Assembly (NCBI GenBank): GCA_047459075.1
Contig: VSCH01000007.1
Coordinates: forward strand, 19,606 to 83,605
Direction: 5' to 3'
Source of the DNA: Acidimicrobiia bacterium
GTDB lineage: Bacteria; Actinomycetota; Acidimicrobiia; Acidimicrobiales; VFJN01
Length of the DNA: 64,000 nucleotides
Shown here: positions 7,301 to 18,386 of the stretch, one piece after another
How the letters are laid out: each line of letters starts with the position of its first letter
Position numbering within the stretch: the stretch's first letter is position 1
The notes under the pieces: model-generated
The model's database searches: none
What the model was told of the DNA's origin: nothing
Seen by the model: the letters and a program-made list of their open reading frames with translations, nothing else
Position numbers and translations under genes: made by a program

Positions 7301-9322
7301 TCAGGCCGTGCGGCGGCCGCCCGAGCGGCGCATCGCCCGCTTCTGCTCGATGAAGTCGACGAGCACGTAGTCGCCCAGCGTCTCGGGCGAGGTGAAGAAG
7401 GCGCGGCCCTTGTTCAGGCGGGTGAGCTTCTCGACGAAGGCCCGCAGGTGCCCGCTGGGGTCGAGCATGAACGTGTTGATGCGGATGCCCTCGCGGGTGC
7501 AGCGCACGACCTCGCGCAGCGTGGCGTCCACCGTCTCCCGCACCGGCGGGTAGGAGAAGAACGGCTCCGGCATGCCCGGCTCGAAGTGGGCCGTCGGCTC
7601 GCCGTCGGTGATCATGATGATCTGCTTCGTCCCCGGCTGGCGGGACAGCAGGCGGCGGGCGATCTGGAAGCCGTGCTGCATGTTCGTGCCGTAGACGAAG
7701 TCCCACGAGACCTCGGGCAGGTCCTGGGGGCGGATCTCCCGGGCCACCTCGCTGAAGCCCACCAGGCCCAGGTAGTCCCGCGGGAACTGCGTCGAGATCA
7801 GCGCGTGCAGCGCCATCGCCACCTTCTTGGCGGCGAGGAAGTTGTCGCGCATCGGCATCGACAGCGACAGGTCGAGCATGAGCACGGTCGACGACCGCAC
7901 GAGATGCTCGGTGCGCTCGACCTCGAAGTCGTCGGGGTGCAGGCGCACGGGGGTGCCGCCCCCCGTGCGGGCGACCGCGTTGCGGACCGTGCGCTCGATG
8001 TGCAGGTTGAACGGGTCGCCCCACTCGTAGGGCTTCGTGTCGTGGTCGCGCTCGTGCCCGGCGCCGGTGCGCTCGATCTGGTGGCGGCCCAGCTTGTCCC
8101 GGGCCAGCTTCTCGAACAGGTCGTTGAGCGCGTTGTGGCCGATCCGGCGCAGGCCCTTGGGCGTCAGCTCGAGCCGCCCCTCCCGCTGGTCGATGAGGCC
8201 CGCGTCCTGCAGCAGCTTCGTCAGGCGGCCCAGCTCCTCGAGGCTGCGGGCGGCGTCGTCGCCGAGCAGCTCGCGGGCCCGATCGACGTCGACCTCGGCC
8301 AGCGCCCCGGGGTTGGCCGCGCCCCGCAGCAGCTGCTCGAGGCGGTCGAGGTCGCCCAGCTCCTCCAGCGTCGAGACGGCCTGGGCCATGCCCACCGGGT
8401 CCTGGCCCTGGAAGTCGTAGGAGCGGTCCCACCCCATCTGGGGGAACAGCTGCTGCAGGTGGCTGCCGAGCTGGTCGACCTGCCAGCGCAGGTCCATGTC
8501 CTCGAGCAGCTGCTCGGCCAGGGACTGGATCTGCGCCCGCTGCTCGGGCGTCATCGACGCCAGCATCGCCTGCATGGCGGCCATGCGCCGGGCCAGCACC
8601 TCGAGCAGCTCGTCGAGGTCCTGCGGGTCCTCGGGGAAGAAGTCGCCGTAGCGCTCCATGAACCCCTCGAAGTCGGGCTCCTCGCCCCGGGCCCGCTGGT
8701 CGAGCATCCGGTTGAGCTCGGCCAGCATGTCCTTCATGCGGGCCATGTCCTCGGGGGTGAGCGACTGGACGGCGCCGGTCATCCGGCTGACGTAGCTGTC
8801 GAGGACCTGCTGGCGCAGCCGCTCGACCAGCTCCTCGAACCGCTGCTGGGCCGCCGCCGAGGCGAAGTCGTAGCCCTGCAGCTCGCGCACCATGCCGGCG
8901 AGGTCGGGCGGGAGCATCTCCAGCCGCATGTTGCGCTCGTCCGCCGCGCCCCGGGCGGTCTCGATCCGGCGGGGGTCGCCGCTCTGCTCGGCCTCCCGCA
9001 CCTGGCGGTCGATCTCGTCCCGCTCCATCTGCACGACCTCGCGCAGCTGCTCGGCGATCTCGTCGTAGACGCCGCCGAGGTCGAAGCGCTCGAGCCGCTC
9101 CTGCCGCTCGCGCCGCAGGCGTTCCAGCAGCTCGCGCACCCCCTCGATGCGCTGGCCCTGGCGGTCGCGGAACCCCTGCTGGAGCATCCGCCGGAGGGCG
9201 GCGTGGAGGTCGCCGTGGTAGAGCAGGTCGTCGGTGATCTGCTCGAGCACCGCGTCCGCGTCGAGGTCGAAGCCGACCTGGGTGCCGTCCCAGCGGCTGT
9301 AGCGGAACCGGGGCGTGACCAT
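7301..9322 (-). CDS. von Willebrand factor A (VWA/MIDAS) domain protein with a long acidic coiled-coil N-terminal region
   Basis: This is a 673-aa ORF. The C-terminal VWA domain has a DxSxS MIDAS motif (VLMLDLSLSMPMRDNF) and IIMITDGEPTA. The N-terminal ~400 aa are Glu/Arg/Leu-rich and helical. It is the expected partner of the ChlI-like ATPase at 11268-12689. Confidence 0.85.
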   Translation of the reverse strand: MVTPRFRYSRWDGTQVGFDLDADAVLEQITDDLLYHGDLHAALRRMLQQGFRDRQGQRIEGVRELLERLRRERQERLERFDLGGVYDEIAEQLREVVQMERDEIDRQVREAEQSGDPRRIETARGAADERNMRLEMLPPDLAGMVRELQGYDFASAAAQQRFEELVERLRQQVLDSYVSRMTGAVQSLTPEDMARMKDMLAELNRMLDQRARGEEPDFEGFMERYGDFFPEDPQDLDELLEVLARRMAAMQAMLASMTPEQRAQIQSLAEQLLEDMDLRWQVDQLGSHLQQLFPQMGWDRSYDFQGQDPVGMAQAVSTLEELGDLDRLEQLLRGAANPGALAEVDVDRARELLGDDAARSLEELGRLTKLLQDAGLIDQREGRLELTPKGLRRIGHNALNDLFEKLARDKLGRHQIERTGAGHERDHDTKPYEWGDPFNLHIERTVRNAVARTGGGTPVRLHPDDFEVERTEHLVRSSTVLMLDLSLSMPMRDNFLAAKKVAMALHALISTQFPRDYLGLVGFSEVAREIRPQDLPEVSWDFVYGTNMQHGFQIARRLLSRQPGTKQIIMITDGEPTAHFEPGMPEPFFSYPPVRETVDATLREVVRCTREGIRINTFMLDPSGHLRAFVEKLTRLNKGRAFFTSPETLGDYVLVDFIEQKRAMRRSGGRRTA

Positions 9323-9434
9323 CCCTCGCCACGGTATCCCGCCCCGGCGGCTCTCGGACGGGGAGCACGACCGGACGCCGATCGGCGGCGGGCACGCCGG
9401 AATGTCCGCGGGGGCGGCGCCGTTGCACCCCGCG

Positions 9435-10136
9435 ATGCGCGTCGAGGTCTGGTCAGACGTCGTGTGCCCGTGGTGCTACGTCGGCACCCGGCGCTTCGAG
9501 CAGGCGGTCGAGCGGTTCCGGGACGACGGCGGCGGGGACGTCGAGCTCGTCCACCGCGCCTTCGAGCTCGACCCCCACGTGCCGCCCGAGGGCACCGACC
9601 TCGCCGAGCACCTGGCCCGGAAGCTCGGCGGGCGGGAGCGGGTGGCGGCCGCCCACCGCCGGCTCGCCCACATCGGCGCCGAGGTCGGCATCGAGTTCCG
9701 CTGGGAGGGCAAGCGCCGGGTCAACACCTTCGACGCCCACCGCTTGGGCGCCTGGGCGCTCGAGGTCGCCGGGCCCGAGGTCCAGGCCGCGCTGCACCAG
9801 GCCCTGTTCCGCGCCTACTTCACCGACGGCGCGGACGTCGCCGACCACGGGGTGCTCGCCGGGCTGGCCGCCGAGGTCGGCCTCGACCGCGACCGGGCGG
9901 CCGAGGCGCTGGCCACCGGGGCCGGCGCCGACGCCGTGCGCGCCGACGAGCAGCGGGCCCGCGAGGCGGGGATCCACGCCGTGCCGACCTTCGTCGTCGA
10001 GGGGCGGTGGACGATCCCCGGCGCCCAGGACGTCGAGACCTTCCTGGCTGTGCTGCGCCGGGCGCGCGAGCGGCTCGTCGCCGCCCCGGCCCCGGAGGAC
10101 GACGACGGGTGTGCGGACGGCGCCTGCACGGCGTAG
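9435..10136 (+). CDS. DsbA-family thiol:disulfide oxidoreductase (FrnE/HCCA-isomerase-like)
   Basis: MRVEVWSDVVCPWCYVGTRRFEQAV carries the CPWC active site. The downstream DAHRL and GIHAVPTFVV segments are typical of the DsbA/FrnE family. The ATG at 9435 lies within the 9315 ORF. Confidence 0.85.
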   Translation: MRVEVWSDVVCPWCYVGTRRFEQAVERFRDDGGGDVELVHRAFELDPHVPPEGTDLAEHLARKLGGRERVAAAHRRLAHIGAEVGIEFRWEGKRRVNTFDAHRLGAWALEVAGPEVQAALHQALFRAYFTDGADVADHGVLAGLAAEVGLDRDRAAEALATGAGADAVRADEQRAREAGIHAVPTFVVEGRWTIPGAQDVETFLAVLRRARERLVAAPAPEDDDGCADGACTA

Positions 10137-10146
10137 GACGCAGGGG

Positions 10147-11286
10147 ATGGCGCGCACCGGCACCGATCCCGACACGACGACCGGACGCCCCTGGTGGGGG
10201 ACCGCGGCGGCGGCCACCCAGTGCGAGGGCGCGGCGCCCCGCTCGGACTGGGCGCGGTGGGAGGCCGAGGGCCGCGTCCCCGCCTCCGGGGACGGCAACG
10301 GCTTCCGCACCCGCTTCGAGGACGACCTCGCCCTCCTCGCCGGCCACGGGCTCCGCCACCACCGCCTGACCGTCGAGTGGGCCCGGCTCGAGCCCCACCC
10401 CGGCCGCTGGCACGAGGACGAGGTCACCCACCTGCGCCGGGTCCTCACCGCCGCCCGCGACGCCGGCGTCGAGGTCTGGGTGTGCCTGCTGCACGGCACC
10501 GCCCCCGGCTGGTTCACCGACGACGAGCGGGGGTGGCTCGACGACCGGGCCGTGCTGCGGTGGGCCCGCCACGTCGACCGGGTGGCCGAGGCGATCGGCG
10601 ACCTGGTCGCCGGCTGGGTGCCGATCCACGAGCCCGAGCTGACCGCCCGCCTCGGCTACGGCGAGGGGCTGTTCCCGCCGGGCCGGCGCGACGAGGACGA
10701 CGAGCGCACGGCCCGCACCGCCCTGCTGGCCGCCGAGGCCGAGGCGGCCCGGCTGCTCCGCAGCGGTCCGGCACCGGTGGCCGTCACCGCCCGCCCCGGC
10801 GTCGAGCGCCACGGCGACGACCTGCTCGTCGTCGCCGCGCCCGTCGACGAGCTCGCCCGGGCGCTGGAGCGGGCGGCCGAGGTCGCCGAGGACGCCCGGT
10901 TCCTCGTCCTGACCGGCGACCCGGCGGCCGGGGAGGCGGCCGGCGCCCCGCCCGGGGCGGAGAGGGACGGGGCCGGCCCCGGCGAGGAGCAGGTCGAGGA
11001 GGAGGACGAGGAGGGAGAGGGCGCGCGGCCCGAGGCCGAGGAGCGGCGCGCCGAGCGGCTGCAGCGGGCCGTCGAGGCCGTCGACGACGCGGTCGCCGGT
11101 GGCCTGCGCGTCGTCGGCGCCTGGCACCAGCCGGCGATCGACGGCTACGAGTGGCACCGCGGCTTCGCCGCCAGGCTCGGGCTGTTCGACCGCGACCGCG
11201 AGCCCCGCCCGGCGCTGGAGGTGCTGCCGGTGGAGCGGGGGTCGCCGGCGACGAGCGGCTCGGCCGGTCAGGACCGGGACCGGTAG
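10147..11286 (+). CDS. glycoside hydrolase family 1-like protein, divergent and shortened
   Basis: WWGTAAAATQCEGA, FRTRFEDDLALLAGHGLRHHRLTVEWARLEP and the C-terminal GAWHQPAIDGYEWHRGFAARLGLFDRD follow the GH1 scaffold. The NEP and TENG catalytic motifs read IHEP and LTGD (see findings). Confidence 0.7.
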   Translation: MARTGTDPDTTTGRPWWGTAAAATQCEGAAPRSDWARWEAEGRVPASGDGNGFRTRFEDDLALLAGHGLRHHRLTVEWARLEPHPGRWHEDEVTHLRRVLTAARDAGVEVWVCLLHGTAPGWFTDDERGWLDDRAVLRWARHVDRVAEAIGDLVAGWVPIHEPELTARLGYGEGLFPPGRRDEDDERTARTALLAAEAEAARLLRSGPAPVAVTARPGVERHGDDLLVVAAPVDELARALERAAEVAEDARFLVLTGDPAAGEAAGAPPGAERDGAGPGEEQVEEEDEEGEGARPEAEERRAERLQRAVEAVDDAVAGGLRVVGAWHQPAIDGYEWHRGFAARLGLFDRDREPRPALEVLPVERGSPATSGSAGQDRDR

Positions 11287-12689
11287 GTCGCCCGGCCGTC
11301 GACCGCGTCCTTGTTGAGGCGCTTGCTCAGGTGCAGGCCCTCGAGGACCAGCTCGACGGCGCTGGCCACCGCCGCCGGGCTCTCGTCCCCGTCGCACAGC
11401 GGGCGGACGACGTCCCGCAGCTCCGGCACCTCCTCGACGAGGCGGGCCAGCTCGGGCGAGGTGACGTCCTCGCCGGTGTGCACGACCCGCCCGTCGTCGA
11501 AGGCGGCGACGACCGGGCGGAGGGCGCCGAGGTCGACGGCCTCCTTGAACACGGTGAGCACCGCCGAGCGCAGCAGGTGCTCGGCGATCTGCTCCTCGCG
11601 GCCGTCGTCGAGCGCCTCGATCTCGACCTTGCCCATCGTCGAGGCGGTGAGCGCCTCGAGGTCGGACACCCGGGGGCTGACGTCGCGCTCGCCGTGGCGC
11701 AGGGCCCGGCGGATGGCGTTGGCCACCATGACCTCGTGGTTGGCCACGGTCAGCCGCACCGACACCCCCGAGCGCTGGTTGATGTGCGGGCTCTCGCGGG
11801 CCAGCTGGCTGAGCGTGGCCACGATGCGGGTCATGTGGTCGGGCACGGTGACCCGCACGCCCTCGACGTCGAACGGGCGGGACTCCTGGAGGGCGATCGC
11901 CACCTCGGTGTCGACGTCGAGCGGGTAGTGGGTGCGGATCTGGCTGCCGAAGCGGTCCTTCAGCGGGGTGATGATCCGGCCCCGGTTCGTGTAGTCCTCG
12001 GGGTTGGCCGAGGCGACGAGCAGCACGTCGAGGGGCAGGCGGATCTTGTAGCCCCGCACCTGGACGTCGCGCTCCTCGAGCACGTTGAGCAGGCCGACCT
12101 GGATGCGCTCGGCGAGGTCGGGCAGCTCGTTGATGGCGAAGATCCCCCGGTTCGTCCGGGGCACGAGGCCGTAGTGGATGGTCAGCTCGTCGGACAGGTA
12201 GCGGCCCTCGGCCACCCGGATGGGGTCGACCTCGCCGATGAGGTCGGCGATCGAGGTGTCCGGCGTGGCCAGCTTCTCGCCGAACCGCTGCTCGCGGTGG
12301 ACCCAGGCGATGGGCGTGTCGTCCCCCTCGGCGGCCACGAGGTCGCGGGCGTAGCGCGACACCGGGTTGAAGGGGTCGTCGTTGATCTCGCTGCCGGCGA
12401 CGATCGGCATCCACTCGTCGAGCAGGCCGACGAGGGCGCGGATCATGCGGGTCTTCGCCTGCCCCCGCTCGCCCAGGAAGATGATGTCGTGCCCGGCGAG
12501 CAGGGCGTTCTCGAGCTGGGGCAGGACCGTGTCCTCGTAGCCGAGCACCGACGGGATGAGCTGCTCCCCGGCGGCGATGCGGGCGACGGCGTTGCGGCGG
12601 ATCTCCTCCTTCACCGGGACGGAGGTCCAGCCCGAGGCCCGGAGCTCGCCCAGGGTGGCAGGCCGTGGTGCGTCCGACATGCGCGCCAA
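11268..12689 (-). CDS. AAA+ ATPase, magnesium-chelatase ChlI/BchI-like (sigma-54-interaction-type P-loop)
   Basis: Walker A is FLGERGQAKTR and Walker B is IFAINELPD. LLNVLEERDVQV and ASANPEDYTNRGRIITPLKDRFG match the ChlI/MoxR-like AAA+ core. Length is 473 aa. Confidence 0.9.
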   Translation of the reverse strand: MARMSDAPRPATLGELRASGWTSVPVKEEIRRNAVARIAAGEQLIPSVLGYEDTVLPQLENALLAGHDIIFLGERGQAKTRMIRALVGLLDEWMPIVAGSEINDDPFNPVSRYARDLVAAEGDDTPIAWVHREQRFGEKLATPDTSIADLIGEVDPIRVAEGRYLSDELTIHYGLVPRTNRGIFAINELPDLAERIQVGLLNVLEERDVQVRGYKIRLPLDVLLVASANPEDYTNRGRIITPLKDRFGSQIRTHYPLDVDTEVAIALQESRPFDVEGVRVTVPDHMTRIVATLSQLARESPHINQRSGVSVRLTVANHEVMVANAIRRALRHGERDVSPRVSDLEALTASTMGKVEIEALDDGREEQIAEHLLRSAVLTVFKEAVDLGALRPVVAAFDDGRVVHTGEDVTSPELARLVEEVPELRDVVRPLCDGDESPAAVASAVELVLEGLHLSKRLNKDAVDGRATYRSRS

Positions 12690-12751
12690 CCTACCGGACC
12701 CCTGCCGCGACGCGTGCCCCCGCCCGGGGCGGCACTAGCCTGCCCGGCACC

Positions 12752-14971
12752 ATGGACGCGGCGCCCGGAACGCAGCGCGACCTGGCCGACGGCTGGCGTG
12801 CGGCCGAGGCCGACGAGCACCTCCGGCGGTCGTACACCGACCACGACTTCGACGACGACGACTGGCAGGAGGTCCGGGTGCCCGGGCACTGGCGCTCGTC
12901 GCCCGCCTTCGCCGGCTCCGACGGCCCGGTCCTGCACCGGTGCCGCTTCGAGGCGCCGCCGCCCCCGGCCGGCCGGCGGGCCTGGCTGACCTTCGAGGGC
13001 ATCTTCTACCAGGGCGACGTCTGGCTCGACGGCGGCTACCTGGGCGACACCGAGGGCTACTTCGTCCCCCACACCTTCGAGGTCACCGACGCCCTCCGGG
13101 CCCGGTCGGAGCACGCGCTCGCCGTCGAGGTCACCTGCCCGGCCCAGCCGGCCGCGCCCCGCCGGGCCCTCACCGGCGCCTTCCAGGCCGCCCCCTGGCT
13201 CGACCCGGCCTGGAACCCCGGGGGCATCTGGCGACCCGTCCGGCTGCACGAGACCGGGCCGGTCCGCATCGCCGCCCTGCGGGTCGTGTGCGCCGAGGCG
13301 ACGAGCGAGCGGGCCGTGCTCCGGTGGCACGCCGTGCTCGACAGCGACGACGCCCGGCGGGTGCGGCTGCGCACCGAGGTCGGCGGCGTCGACCACGAGG
13401 TCGACCAGCCGCTGGCCGCCGGGGACAACGAGGTGCGCTGGACGGTGACCATCGAGCGGCCGGTGCTGTGGTGGCCCCGGGCCCTGGGCGACCCCGCCCT
13501 CCACGACGTGCGGGTCGCCGTGCTCCTGGCGCCCGGCGACGGCCCCGGCGACGGGGCGCCCGACGAGGCCGCCGGCCCCGGCGGCGCCCGGGCAGCGGTC
13601 GTCAGCGACGAGCGGCGCCTGCGCACCGGCCTGCGCTCGGTGCAGCTGCGGCGCTGGGTCGCCCGGGTCAACGGCGAGCGGCTGTTCCTCAAGGGCGCCC
13701 TCCTCGGCCCCACCCGCCAGGCCCTCGGCGAGGCGCCGGGCGACGAGGTGCGGCGCGACGTCGAGCGGGCCGTCGACGCCGGCCTCGACCTGCTGCGGGT
13801 CCACGGGCACGTCGCCCGGCCCGAGCTGTACGAGGCGGCGGACGAGCGCGGGCTGCTGCTGTGGCAGGACATGCCGCTCGTCGGGCCCTACCTGCGGGGC
13901 ATCCGCCGGCAGGCCGCCCGCCAGGCCCGGGCCATGGTCGACCTGCTGGGCCACCACCCCTCGATCGCGCTCTGGTGCGGGCACGACGCCCCCACCGCCG
14001 ACCCGGCCGCGGTGCCCGACGAACCCACCGGCGCCGGGGCCGACGCCCTCCGCCGGCTGGCGGGCCAGCAGCTGCCGACCTGGAACCGCACGGTGCTCGA
14101 CGGCTCGGTCCGCCGGGCGCTGCACAAGGCCGACGGCTCCCGCCCGGTCGTGCCCCACTCGGGCGTCGCCCCCCACCTCCCCCAGCTCGAGGGCACCGAC
14201 ACCCACCTGTCGCTCGGCTGGCTCGTGGGCGACGAGCGCGACCTGCCCGACCTCGCCCGCCGGCTGCCCCGGCTCGTGCGGTTCGTGACCGAGCCCGGCC
14301 CCGAGTCCCTGCCCTCCGGCGACAGCGCCGGCTTCGCCGCACCCGAGCGGTGGCCCGACCTCGACTGGGAGGGCCTGGAGCGGCGCCACGGCCTGCACCG
14401 CGCCCTGCTCGCCCGGCGGGTCCCGCCCGACGGCTACGCCACCTTCGACGGCTGGCGGGACGCCACCCAGCGCTACCAGGCCACCGTCGTGCGCCGGCAT
14501 GTCGAGGAGCTGCGGCGCCTGAAGTACCGGCCGACGGGCGGGTTCGCCGTCGGGCTGCTGGCCGACGCCCGCCCGGCGGTCTCCCCCGCCCTGCTCGACC
14601 ACCACCGCCGCCCGAAGGCGGCCTACGAGGCGCTGCGCGACGCCTGCCGCCCGGTCATCGTCGTCGCCGACCGCCTGCCGGCCACCGTGCCGGCGGGCAC
14701 CCCGCTGGCCCTCGACGTCCACGTCGTGTCCGACCTGCGGGTGCCGATCGAGGGCGCCCGGGTGACGGCCGAGCTGTCCTGGCCCGGGGGCCGCCACGCC
14801 TGGCACTGGGCCGGCGACGTCGGCCCCGACGAGTGCGTGCGGGTCGGCACCGTCCAGGCGGTGGCCCCCGCGCTCGACGAGTCGACCGCCGGCACGCTCG
14901 CCCTCGACCTGCGGCTCCGCCTGCCCGGCGGCGAGCTCGTCACCAACCGCTACGAGGCCCGCCTCACCTGA
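12752..14971 (+). CDS. glycoside hydrolase family 2-like protein (beta-mannosidase/beta-galactosidase fold)
   Basis: The N-terminal sugar-binding pattern is present (DDDDWQEVRVPGHWR, AWLTFEGIFYQGDVWLDGGYLG, YFVPHTFEVT), followed by Ig-like segments and a TIM-barrel region (GLDLLRVHGH, GLLLWQDMP, HHPSIALWCG, RFVTEPG). The ATG at 12752 lies inside the 12665 ORF. Confidence 0.8.
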   Translation: MDAAPGTQRDLADGWRAAEADEHLRRSYTDHDFDDDDWQEVRVPGHWRSSPAFAGSDGPVLHRCRFEAPPPPAGRRAWLTFEGIFYQGDVWLDGGYLGDTEGYFVPHTFEVTDALRARSEHALAVEVTCPAQPAAPRRALTGAFQAAPWLDPAWNPGGIWRPVRLHETGPVRIAALRVVCAEATSERAVLRWHAVLDSDDARRVRLRTEVGGVDHEVDQPLAAGDNEVRWTVTIERPVLWWPRALGDPALHDVRVAVLLAPGDGPGDGAPDEAAGPGGARAAVVSDERRLRTGLRSVQLRRWVARVNGERLFLKGALLGPTRQALGEAPGDEVRRDVERAVDAGLDLLRVHGHVARPELYEAADERGLLLWQDMPLVGPYLRGIRRQAARQARAMVDLLGHHPSIALWCGHDAPTADPAAVPDEPTGAGADALRRLAGQQLPTWNRTVLDGSVRRALHKADGSRPVVPHSGVAPHLPQLEGTDTHLSLGWLVGDERDLPDLARRLPRLVRFVTEPGPESLPSGDSAGFAAPERWPDLDWEGLERRHGLHRALLARRVPPDGYATFDGWRDATQRYQATVVRRHVEELRRLKYRPTGGFAVGLLADARPAVSPALLDHHRRPKAAYEALRDACRPVIVVADRLPATVPAGTPLALDVHVVSDLRVPIEGARVTAELSWPGGRHAWHWAGDVGPDECVRVGTVQAVAPALDESTAGTLALDLRLRLPGGELVTNRYEARLT

Positions 14972-15004
14972 GTTCCCCGGCGCGACCGTGCGGGCCCGGC
15001 CACA

Positions 15005-15568
15005 ATGGGCGCGGTGAGCGCGCCCGCCACGCAGCAGCTCGTCGTCCGGCGCTGGGAGCCCGACGACGTCCCCGCGCTCCACGAGGCCGTCCTCGACAGC
15101 ATCGAGCACCTGCGGCCCTGGATGCCGTGGATCGCGAAGGAGCCGCTCGGCCTGGAGGAGCGGCGGCAGCTCGTGGCCGGCTGGATCGCGTCGTGGGAGA
15201 CGGGCGACCGCCTCTGCGGCCTGTTCGTCGGCGACCGGGTGGTCGGCTGCGCCGGGCTGCACGACCGCATCGGCCCGACCGGCCGGGAGATCGGCTACTG
15301 GGTGCGGGCCGGCGAGACCGGCCGGGGCTACGCCACGGCGGCCGCCCGCACGCTCACCGACATGGCCTTCACCATGCCGGGGATCGCCCGGGTCGAGATC
15401 CAGCACGACGTCGCCAACGTGGCCAGCGGCCGGGTCCCGGCCAAGCTCGGCTTCACCCCGGTCCGGGAGGTGCCGCACGTCCCCGAGGCCCCCGGGGAGA
15501 GCGGGATCCGGCGCGTCTGGCGCGTCGAGCGCGACCGCTGGTGGGCCCGGCGCGCCGACCTGGGCTGA
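15005..15568 (+). CDS. GNAT-family N-acetyltransferase (RimJ/RimL-like)
   Basis: 187 aa. LVVRRWEPDDVPALHEAV, IGYWVRAGETGRGYATAAARTL and RVEIQHDVANVASGRVPAKLGF follow the RimJ/RimL GNAT pattern. Confidence 0.85.
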   Translation: MGAVSAPATQQLVVRRWEPDDVPALHEAVLDSIEHLRPWMPWIAKEPLGLEERRQLVAGWIASWETGDRLCGLFVGDRVVGCAGLHDRIGPTGREIGYWVRAGETGRGYATAAARTLTDMAFTMPGIARVEIQHDVANVASGRVPAKLGFTPVREVPHVPEAPGESGIRRVWRVERDRWWARRADLG

Positions 15569-15648
15569 TTTCCTGGCCCGCGGAGCGGGAGGACTACCGT
15601 CTGCGCCAGGACGGATGACGAGCCCCGTTCCGGGAGGCTGAACGAGCG

Positions 15649-16466
15649 ATGCAGACGATGGAGCGACAGCGCGTCGCCCCGGTGCACCCCCGCCCCCGCC
15701 GCCCCGCTCCCTGGCCCGTCGAGTTCTACCGCTCGACGGTCGGGATGAAGTGGGTGATGGCGGTCAGCGGCATCTTCCTCATGGGCTACGTGTTCCTCCA
15801 CATGCTGGGGAACCTGAAGCTCTACATGGGCGCCGACGACATCAACCACTACGGCGAGTTCCTGCGCGACCTGCTGGTGCCGATCTTCCCCCGCACGGTC
15901 ACGCTGTGGCTGCTGCGGATCGGCCTGATCCTGGCCTTCTTCTTCCACGTCCACTCCGCCTACCGGCTGACCCGCATCAACCGCCGGGCCCGCGCCGAGG
16001 GCGGCTACATCTCCAAGCGCGACTACCAGGCCGCCACCATCGCCAGCCGCTCGATGCGGATGACCGGCGTCGTCATCCTGCTCTTCGTGCTCTGGCACCT
16101 GGCCGACCTCACCTGGGGCACGGCCAACCCCGACTTCGTGCGGGGCGACGTCTACCGCAACGTCGTGGCCAGCTTCGAGCGGCCGGTGGTCTCGCTCATC
16201 TACATCGTCGCCAACATCGCCCTGGGCCTCCACCTCTTCCACGGGGCCTGGTCGATGTTCCAGAGCCTCGGCCTGAACAACCCGCGCTGGAACTCGGTGC
16301 GCCGGGGCTTCGCCGCCGGCTTCGCCGGCATCGTCATGGTCGGGAACCTCAGCTTCCCGATCGCCGTGCTCACGGGTGTCATCAGCGCCGACGACAACCC
16401 CGACTGCCGGGTCGTCGACGGCGTCATCGAGACCTGCGAGCTCTACGCCGGAGAGGGTGAGGGCTG

Positions 16467-16467
<1 letters not shown>
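15649..16467 (+). CDS. sdhC: succinate dehydrogenase/fumarate reductase cytochrome b membrane anchor (single-subunit b558 type)
   Basis: 272 aa with about five hydrophobic helices carrying conserved His ([42 protein letters not shown]). A GGGAGG lies upstream. The stop overlaps the sdhA start (TGATG). Confidence 0.85.

Positions 16468-18382
<1,915 letters not shown>

Positions 18383-18386
<4 letters not shown>

Noticed and set aside
6663-10369. 921-aa (6663..9428, minus) and 1025-aa (7292..10369, plus) ORFs
   Set aside because: They are out of frame or antisense to the VWA and DsbA genes, which have clear motifs. They have extreme Arg/Pro/Gly content and no motifs.
9435-11286. DsbA/GH1 block between the ATPase and VWA genes as a mobile-element insertion
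   Set aside because: I could not see a transposase, integrase, flanking direct or inverted repeats, or a composition shift. It is reported only as a synteny break.
11268-11286. Convergent 3'-end overlaps (11268-11286, 45562-45586, 54171-54177) as antisense regulatory features
   Set aside because: Short convergent overlaps are common in compact GC-rich genomes, and they depend on stop positions only. Nothing in the sequence suggests a dedicated function.
9820-15618. Four ORFs of 864-955 aa (9820..12414 minus, 10194..12989 plus, 12611..15478 minus, 12940..15618 plus)
   Set aside because: They are shadow frames over the GH1-like, AAA+ ATPase, GH2-like and GNAT genes. Their low-complexity Arg/Pro/Gly/Ala translations span several real genes of opposite orientation.
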